Below are positions 59,610-64,000 of a stretch of DNA of 64,000 nucleotides, one piece after another. Position 1 is the first letter of the stretch; each line of letters opens with the position of its first letter. A program made the position numbers and the translations under genes. Origin of the DNA: Flavobacteriales bacterium (lineage in GTDB: Bacteria; Bacteroidota; Bacteroidia; Flavobacteriales_D; Crocinitomicaceae); assembly GCA_947491305.1 (NCBI GenBank), contig CANLIL010000001.1, positions 30,814 to 94,813 on the forward strand, written 5' to 3'. Under the pieces are notes generated by a model. The model worked only from the letters and a program-made list of their open reading frames with translations, was not told where the DNA came from and searched no databases.

Positions 59610-59891
59610 TTACAAATTAATTATTAAAACATATCTGAGCCAAAATAATCCAACTGAATCTTTAACGAATGCTATAGTTGGAAAAATTATAAATGCCTCA
59701 TTTTTATTGGTTGCTTCAAATATGGTATTTGAATTGTTTTTGTTTTTTGTTTCGCTAAGAACTTCTATTAATCTAGCTGCACTTAGTTTTTCTTTTGTTA
59801 TTTCTACTGTTTTCCATCTAAAAAGACCAACCCTTTCTTGGATGATAAAAAAACTATTATGTTTTATAAACTTTGTTCTAAAGTGTTTCAT
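59610..59891 (-). CDS. hypothetical protein
   Basis: 93-aa ORF with a 14-nt overlap with the upstream gene. Confidence 0.45.
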   Translation of the reverse strand: MKHFRTKFIKHNSFFIIQERVGLFRWKTVEITKEKLSAARLIEVLSETKNKNNSNTIFEATNKNEAFIIFPTIAFVKDSVGLFWLRYVLIINL

Positions 59892-60420
59892 CTTTAGCAG
59901 GAAGGTATTGATTATTCAAAATTAGAATTGCTTTTTCTGCGTCTTTAGCGGTTAGTCCTTTGTGCGGTTTGGTATTTACAAAGTTATTTCTATGTTCATA
60001 AAGCATGTCTGTATCGTCGTCAATTATAACATATTGATAATCTTTTCCAAGCTTTTTTCTATTGTAGTTTTTGCCGTTATCTGAATGAATATTTGCGTCA
60101 ATCCATTGTTTTATTTCCACGCCTCTAGGAATAGATAAATGAATTTTCTTTGTTCGGTCAAGGTACTGATAAGCACGAATCGTAATTCCTATAATTAAAT
60201 CCCAAAACCAAAAGCCTTCTTCTTTCATAAATTGGCGCGTAGTTTCCAAATCCCATTTTCTCCATGAAGAACTTAAGACTATTTTGCACCCGGTAGCATC
60301 AATAATTTTTCTTAACTGAACTTGACGAGCATTTACTAAAGCCCATTGTCCACCAACAACACTTTCGTTTGTTGCGATAACTCCATCAATATCCAGAAAC
60401 ATTATTTTTTCCATTTTCAA
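59878..60420 (-). CDS. HAD-superfamily phosphatase-like protein
   Basis: 'IMFLDIDGVIA' (DxDG motif I), 'IVLSSSWR' (motif II) and 'VIIDDDTDM' (motif IV). Confidence 0.6.
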   Translation of the reverse strand: MKMEKIMFLDIDGVIATNESVVGGQWALVNARQVQLRKIIDATGCKIVLSSSWRKWDLETTRQFMKEEGFWFWDLIIGITIRAYQYLDRTKKIHLSIPRGVEIKQWIDANIHSDNGKNYNRKKLGKDYQYVIIDDDTDMLYEHRNNFVNTKPHKGLTAKDAEKAILILNNQYLPAKDETL

Positions 60421-60423
60421 TTT

Positions 60424-60657
60424 TTAATAAACAACAACCTCAAACGTAAATCCCGGTTCCGTTGTTGAAGTATAAAACTTAGCACTGTAGCCTTGTTTTT
60501 TACATTCGCTCTTAATGTTTTCGAAAAACTTTTCACCACCATTATCTGTAAGCGGCCTAACTACTTTGCATGTTGACAATCGAATCGTTTTGAATGGTGG
60601 TTCGGTTATCGTTTCGTCGTAGCGAGAAATTATACAGTTTATTTTTAGAGATTCCAT
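60424..60657 (-). CDS. hypothetical protein (trimmed to internal Met MESLKINC)
   Basis: The trimmed start lies 5 nt after the upstream stop. The longer version overlaps 60662..61216 by 77 nt. Confidence 0.45.
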   Translation of the reverse strand: MESLKINCIISRYDETITEPPFKTIRLSTCKVVRPLTDNGGEKFFENIKSECKKQGYSAKFYTSTTEPGFTFEVVVY

Positions 60658-60661
60658 GTTA

Positions 60662-61216
60662 TTAATATTCAGGATGCGTCCAACAAATAATTTGACCCTC
60701 AAAGTTTTTACCTTTGAACCATTCTTGGAAATCAACAAGGCTTAAACCGTCATTGTTTGCTAATTTCGTTGCCAGAGAATACCTAAGTCTGCCGTCAATT
60801 ACAGGTTTTGATTTTTCTTCTGAATCCAATTCCAAAACATACGTTTTACAAATTGTAAAATCATGGTAGAAAATGATCTGAGGTGAACTATAAGGTTTTT
60901 TAGACCAAACCCTAGGACTTAGTTCATCACCTACTTTGAAATGAAATCCTGCGCGGCAAGTATGGCGCTTATTCCTTTCGTCAGGCGGAATAATACTTTT
61001 ATAAACCAATGAGGATTTAAAATCGGAGAGGTCTTTTTCGGTAAGTTTACCTAACTTAAGGTTCTTTTCGTTTAGCTCCAAAAGAAGTTCCATGTAACCT
61101 TCGCTTTGATAATCAACTCCTGCATTGATTAATATTTTTTCTACAAAATAAGTTGGTAGTCCAACTCTTATGTGTTTAGCCGGGAATACACGACTAAAGG
61201 TTCTTACTTTGCTCAT
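60662..61216 (-). CDS. hypothetical protein
   Basis: 184-aa ORF. Confidence 0.5.
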   Translation of the reverse strand: MSKVRTFSRVFPAKHIRVGLPTYFVEKILINAGVDYQSEGYMELLLELNEKNLKLGKLTEKDLSDFKSSLVYKSIIPPDERNKRHTCRAGFHFKVGDELSPRVWSKKPYSSPQIIFYHDFTICKTYVLELDSEEKSKPVIDGRLRYSLATKLANNDGLSLVDFQEWFKGKNFEGQIICWTHPEY

Positions 61217-61668
61217 GGTTTTTGTATTAATTCAATAAATCCGTATTGGACAAGTTGCTCAATCGCATCTTGTTTAAAGTATTTCTTAAAGTCGGATGTC
61301 GTAACCGTATCTCCCTTACAAAACCAGAGGCAAGGTCTGAGCAATTTGTAATGTTTTTCTTTAGATTCTTTGATTAAACCGAATATTGGATTATTAACAA
61401 CCAATTCTCCATTCTGTAATAATTCATCTAATTGATTTAAAGTGATTTCAACTTGATCGTGCTGACCTACTCCAATGAACCAATCTTCAGTAGTAGGATC
61501 ATACATTAAACAATAATTTGTATCAATAGAAATTAATTTTTTGTTTCCTTCATAAATTTTTTGACTATGTTTTGACAAAATATCAATAGCTTGATTCCGT
61601 TTATTGCCTTCAAGTATTACGAAAACTGAGGAGATTTTTTGTTTGTTTATTTTTATTGCTATGCTCAT
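61213..61668 (-). CDS. hypothetical protein
   Basis: 151-aa ORF with an ATGA overlap. Confidence 0.5.
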   Translation of the reverse strand: MSIAIKINKQKISSVFVILEGNKRNQAIDILSKHSQKIYEGNKKLISIDTNYCLMYDPTTEDWFIGVGQHDQVEITLNQLDELLQNGELVVNNPIFGLIKESKEKHYKLLRPCLWFCKGDTVTTSDFKKYFKQDAIEQLVQYGFIELIQKP

Positions 61669-61693
61669 TGTGATTATTAATTAGGTGTTTTTG

Positions 61694-62092
61694 TTAATTA
61701 AGTAAACAGCGCTCATAACAACCAATCTCAGCGTCAATTGCATTAAGTTCAAGTCTCTTATTTTCTCTCATTGCTTCAAGCCTCTTGATTTCAGAATAAA
61801 CAAATTCTTTTGTCATGTAAGTACCTGCGCTTTTAAATAAACTGTTTTTAACATGAACTAAATCAAGCTTTGATGCTATTTCCAAGGCTTGTTCTTTAAA
61901 AATATGTACTTTAAGCCTATAGTTGTTTTTTCCTCTCCCACTAATGTATAAGATGTATTTATCTTCTTTGTCGTTTATCCAAGTAGCAATTGAGAATTTT
62001 TCATTCCATTTTTTACAAATAAAATCTACATTAGCTTTACAAGCCCCTGTTTGATTTAACTCTTCAATATACCGGTTGCGTATTAAATTCAT
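61694..62092 (-). CDS. hypothetical protein
   Basis: 132-aa ORF. Confidence 0.5.
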   Translation of the reverse strand: MNLIRNRYIEELNQTGACKANVDFICKKWNEKFSIATWINDKEDKYILYISGRGKNNYRLKVHIFKEQALEIASKLDLVHVKNSLFKSAGTYMTKEFVYSEIKRLEAMRENKRLELNAIDAEIGCYERCLLN

Positions 62093-62093
62093 G

Positions 62094-62600
62094 TTATTTT
62101 TTGTTTGGCTCGTTATTAGTAAAAAGTTCGTTGTATTTTGTTGGCGTTATTTCTTCGCAGTCGGATGGTGGTGTGAAGTTCCAAGTATCTTCAACTTGAA
62201 AACCAAAGTATTCTTGGTGATTAAAAGCAAAACCTATTGATTTGAAAGGATGTCCGTCAAAATTCACACAAGCATTTGCTTCGCCTTTTTCTACTTTGGG
62301 GCACGCTTTCAATTTTTCGTGGATTAGTTTACCTTCCTTGTTGTTTCTTTTAGGCATAAACTCTTTTCTATAATTACTTCTTTTATAAATTTTTTCGTCT
62401 GGTGCTTTATCTTCAAAAAGAAGAGAGGAAAATCCACCTGTAAAAGTCCAAGGGTCGTCTCTCCAACGAGAAAAACCAATCTCTTCTGATAGCTTTTTTT
62501 GTTCTATTCTAACTTGATTCATTTTTTGTTCAAGCTCTTGAAATTTTACCCCTGTCTCGGAGTCTTTTTTTGTTATGTAACAAATAGTCATTTTACTCAT
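62094..62600 (-). CDS. hypothetical protein
   Basis: 168-aa ORF. Confidence 0.5.
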   Translation of the reverse strand: MSKMTICYITKKDSETGVKFQELEQKMNQVRIEQKKLSEEIGFSRWRDDPWTFTGGFSSLLFEDKAPDEKIYKRSNYRKEFMPKRNNKEGKLIHEKLKACPKVEKGEANACVNFDGHPFKSIGFAFNHQEYFGFQVEDTWNFTPPSDCEEITPTKYNELFTNNEPNKK

Positions 62601-62614
62601 AGTTATTTTGTTTT

Positions 62615-62809
62615 TTAAAAATTTATTTTTCTTTTATTGCTAGTTACTAGTTTAAAAGCGAATACTGCTAACGCAACATCTGCAAAACCGACAATAATAC
62701 TTTTTTTCAATCTCCTTCTTTCAAAGTATTTTACTATTTCCTTCTTTTTAAGCTTTGACTTTAGTTTTCTGATTTGTTCTTTGCTTAGATAGTTACTTTT
62801 TATTTTCAT
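62615..62809 (-). CDS. small tail-anchored membrane protein
   Basis: A basic N-terminus followed by 'IIVGFADVALAVFAFKLV'. Confidence 0.45.
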   Translation of the reverse strand: MKIKSNYLSKEQIRKLKSKLKKKEIVKYFERRRLKKSIIVGFADVALAVFAFKLVTSNKRKINF

Positions 62810-63095
62810 GGAATTTTTCTAGAATAGTTACTTCAAATTTGTGTGAGAAAAAATCTCCTAATCCACCTGCATCGACTTGTAAATCATAATCGAAATCAGG
62901 ATGCGAGAAAAACACTTGTGTGCCGTCGTTTAACTTCACGAAACTAGAAAGACCAAGGTGTTTGATAAACCAATCCATTGACCAATAGTTATCCATGCTT
63001 TCTTCAGAGAAATACTTGTAACAAGTCTCTCCTTTTTCGAAGAAATCTTGTACTGATTCGGGTAAGTTGTTTTGATTACTCATTTGATTCGTCAC
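62793..63095 (-). CDS. hypothetical protein
   Basis: 100-aa ORF. Confidence 0.5.
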   Translation of the reverse strand: MTNQMSNQNNLPESVQDFFEKGETCYKYFSEESMDNYWSMDWFIKHLGLSSFVKLNDGTQVFFSHPDFDYDLQVDAGGLGDFFSHKFEVTILEKFHENKK

Positions 63096-63765
63096 TATAA
63101 ATAGGATTAAGAATTGAATCTGTTTGATGTATAAAAGTTCTTTTAGTAATTTTTTCCATGTACTCTATATCTTCTTTAAGTAAAACACCAGTATTCCTTA
63201 AAATAGCTTGTATGTTTTTAGAAAATCCGAATATTGAAGTTTTTGCATGAATAGCTAGTTGTTCTTGTTCTTTGTATGACTCGTCAAGCTTGTTTTCGTA
63301 ACGCTCAACGTCTGCAACAAGACTTTCATTTTTTGCAAGAAGATTTTCGATTACCAAAGATTGATTCTCTGATTTTTCTTCTAAAGCTTTTATCTGTTTT
63401 TTGAAGTTTTTTTCCGAAGCTTTTTCAATATTTTCCATGCTTACTTTTTTACTATCTTCGTTTATGTAGTCAAATTTCTTGTTTTCTTTTTCAAGTTGCG
63501 GTTGAGTATGTTGTTCTATTGGGAAAGTATGACGATGTTCTCTTCTATTATTGAGCAAATCCCATTCGTATCCTTCTTCAAGATGTTCACATGGAAGAGT
63601 GAAAATAATAATTGATGGTTCTCTTTTTTCATTTAAGACAGTAACCCCATTTTTATGAACTTCAATTATTGGATATAATTCACCTGCTCTAAAATGTTGA
63701 TCCCCTAGTTTAATTCTTTTTGATGTAATAAACCATCCTTTTTTTGCGTTGTGTACTGCTTTCAT
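63076..63765 (-). CDS. hypothetical protein with central coiled coil
   Basis: 229-aa ORF. Confidence 0.5.
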   Translation of the reverse strand: MKAVHNAKKGWFITSKRIKLGDQHFRAGELYPIIEVHKNGVTVLNEKREPSIIIFTLPCEHLEEGYEWDLLNNRREHRHTFPIEQHTQPQLEKENKKFDYINEDSKKVSMENIEKASEKNFKKQIKALEEKSENQSLVIENLLAKNESLVADVERYENKLDESYKEQEQLAIHAKTSIFGFSKNIQAILRNTGVLLKEDIEYMEKITKRTFIHQTDSILNPIYSDESNE

Positions 63766-63918
63766 TTTTTCTTTGATTTAGTTGTTTTTTGGTTATTTAT
63801 GAGTAGTTAAAGCTTTATAAGTTTTTGTTCACAAATCTTTATATTTTTCTCGTTCATTTTATTGGTTTTTAATTAGTTATATTGATAGTTGTATATATGG
63901 TAGTTAGCAAACATAAAA

Positions 63919-64000
63919 TTATTCACGCTTGCCTCGTATTTCAATATCAGCACCAATTAACTGTTCAGGACATTCTGTGTGGTATCCTTGTAGCCTTGCC
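63919..64000 (-). CDS. C-terminal fragment of a gene entering from the right edge
   Basis: The minus-strand frame is open from position 64000 and reads ..ARLQGYHTECPEQLIGADIEIRGKRE*, with the stop at 63921-63919. It is locally GC-richer than the intergenic DNA. Confidence 0.3.
   Translation of the reverse strand, partial: ARLQGYHTECPEQLIGADIEIRGKRE

Noticed and set aside
1-64000. Search for tRNA or rRNA genes, CRISPR arrays, integrase/attachment sites and transposases.
   Set aside because: Intergenic gaps are at most about 170 nt and AT-rich without tRNA-like structure. No regularly spaced direct repeats were found. No tyrosine or serine recombinase or transposase motifs were recognised. 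The only tyrosine-enzyme-like protein fits TopIB better.

Overview
The window is AT-rich (about 30% GC by eye) and very gene-dense, with about 100 ORFs, many joined by ATGA or TAATG overlaps. It looks like part of a large dsDNA virus (phage) genome. TAnnTTTG '-7 box' promoter motifs 14-21 nt upstream of several start codons (a seventh candidate sits 59 nt upstream) point to a Bacteroidota (Flavobacteriia-like) host.

Layout:
- 0.1-4.9 kb (minus strand): glycosyltransferase, C5-methyltransferase-like protein, Cas4-like nuclease, minimal topoisomerase IB.
- 4.9-5.7 kb (plus strand): a single PAP2 phosphatase moron.
- 5.7-30.6 kb (minus strand): lysis and virion module. It holds a DUF2272-like protein, an amidase endolysin, a GH19 muramidase, three fibre/spike genes, about 25 single-pass membrane proteins (including OmpA-like and peptidoglycan-binding-like domains and an HExxH protease), a strongly expressed-looking beta-rich capsid candidate with a membrane-anchored paralog, a small P-loop ATPase and a GT2 enzyme.
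- 30.6-45 kb (minus strand): giant 'polyvalent' proteins (SNF2 helicase plus zeta-toxin-like kinase; N6-MTase; 2x ART-like plus ParB-like nuclease), followed by two membrane-anchored SGNH esterases.
- 45-49.3 kb (minus strand): regulators and a Dam-like MTase broken by an in-frame stop.
- 49.4-56.3 kb (plus strand): operon that includes a C5-MTase carrying a LAGLIDADG intein at its catalytic Cys.
- 56.3-63.8 kb (minus strand): DnaQ-like exonuclease, a UvrD-like helicase split at an A8 run, a HAD phosphatase and unknowns.

I saw no rRNA, tRNA, CRISPR array, integrase, terminase, portal, HK97-type capsid or tail genes.

The most interesting hypothesis is that the virion module resembles an internal-membrane (tailless, PRD1/PM2/sphaerolipovirus-style) virus at an unusually large genome scale. 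It also has a recurring N-terminal acidic-aromatic 'FDG..EFDEF(I/V)G' motif shared by tail-anchored membrane proteins and the capsid candidate. All functional calls rest on motif recognition by eye. No database searches were run.
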